DNA of 28,821 bases, from the IMG/VR virus record IMGVR_UViG_3300025392_000148, positions 1 through 28,821 of that record. One strand, written 5' to 3'. The DNA is from a virus. Lineage: Duplodnaviria; Caudoviricetes. Positions 27,817 through 28,821 of this stretch are shown here, piece after piece. Under the pieces are notes generated by a model. That model was not told the origin of the DNA, did no database searches, and saw only the letters and a list, made by a program, of their open reading frames with translations. The translations under genes and the position numbers were made by a program. The first letter of the stretch is position 1, and every line of letters starts with the position of its first letter.

Positions 27817-28821
27817 ATGGAAGACCTAGATCCGCAATTACGAGCTCAAATGGAAAAATTTGGCATCACTATGGATGCCTTAACTGCCATTTTAAAAGCT
27901 AATTCTTCAGCGTCTAAGAGTGCAACACTCGAAGCACTAAATCAAATAAAAGCCCAAAAACAATTAATTGAGTCTATTAAGTCATCATTGGGTATGTCGG
28001 ACAAGCAGGCCTTACAAATGGCCAAGCAGATTAAACTTGAAGAAAAACAATCTGAAGAATTAAAAAAACGTTTAGATGCTGAAAAAGAACAAGACGAAGC
28101 TCGTAAAAAGGCCGGGCAACAAGCTGTTAAAGATTTATTAAGTTTTGCAAAACAAAACGTCAGTGCTACTCAGAGTGTTTATAACAGTAACGAAGCCTTT
28201 ACAGCAGTAATTCCAACACTACAGTTAGTAGGCACAGCATTTAAAGCTATTAGTCAAGCTATTGCTGGTGCCGCCACTGGCATTCCATTCATTGGTGGAT
28301 TAAGCGAAGGCGCTAGTAAAGTCATTGGTGCTGCAATTGATATTGCTACAGCAGTAACACAAGCTCAAGTTGAAAATGCTCAAAAATATGTAAACACTTA
28401 TGCTGCCTTAAGCAAGGTTGGTATTACATTTGGTGGTGCAGTTGAGCAAATGCGCCAAAGTGCAATGAACGGCGGACTGAGTCTAGATGCTTATTCTAAA
28501 TTTATCACCAGTAATATACAGAATTTAAGTTTGTTAGGTGGCACCACTGAAGAAGGTGCTGCTCGTATAACTAAGATGGGCAAAATCATTGCCGACGGAA
28601 ATCCTAAACTGTTATCCATGTATGGCAGTTACGAAGACCTACAAGGTGCTACATCCGACTATGTAGCAATGATGGCTCGTTATGGTATAGACATCAATAA
28701 AACAGATAAAGACTTAAATGCTGGCGCTAAAGAGTATCTGTTTAATATGAAAGAGCTCAGTGCCTTAACTGGTAAGAGCGCCGACGAACTTAAGAAGGCT
28801 GAAGAGGAACGTGCAAAGAGT
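27817..28821 (+). CDS. Tail tape measure protein, N-terminal part (runs off the window end)
   Basis: ATG at 27817 opens a frame to the window end (335 codons): MEDLDPQLRAQMEKFG...YAALSKVGITFGGAVEQMRQSAMNGGLSLDAYSKFI...KEYLFNMKELSALTGKSADELKK. It is Ala/Gly-rich and helical, next to the chaperone genes, and not in the ORF track. Confidence 0.8.
   Translation, partial: MEDLDPQLRAQMEKFGITMDALTAILKANSSASKSATLEALNQIKAQKQLIESIKSSLGMSDKQALQMAKQIKLEEKQSEELKKRLDAEKEQDEARKKAGQQAVKDLLSFAKQNVSATQSVYNSNEAFTAVIPTLQLVGTAFKAISQAIAGAATGIPFIGGLSEGASKVIGAAIDIATAVTQAQVENAQKYVNTYAALSKVGITFGGAVEQMRQSAMNGGLSLDAYSKFITSNIQNLSLLGGTTEEGAARITKMGKIIADGNPKLLSMYGSYEDLQGATSDYVAMMARYGIDINKTDKDLNAGAKEYLFNMKELSALTGKSADELKKAEEERAKS

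Noticed and set aside
1-28821. Stop-codon reassignment, as in some jumbo phages
   Set aside because: Genes are full-length and tightly packed under the standard code, and TAA, TGA and TAG all act as stops at sensible gene ends.

Overview
This is a fragment of a large T4-like/jumbo myovirus genome in the standard genetic code. From 1 to 15748 on the minus strand is a baseplate/tail operon: a >2190-aa truncated virion protein missing from the ORF track, then gp6-, gp25-, lysozyme-like, gp5-, hub-, gp53- and tube-initiator-like genes. From 15875 to 26183 on the plus strand are the core genes gp55 (late sigma), gp47 and gp46. Each has its own sigma70-like promoter and is followed by coupled cargo genes: three radical SAM/SPASM enzymes, an adenylate-forming enzyme and a Bug/TctC solute-binding protein. 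Next come a minimal GIY-YIG nuclease and a ~400-nt, heavily structured non-coding element, the best candidate for an undescribed RNA-protein system. The window ends with a gp26/gp51-like chaperone pair linked by a T-TTT-TTC -1 frameshift site and a divergent, truncated tape-measure gene. All product calls come from motif recognition and synteny, not database searches.
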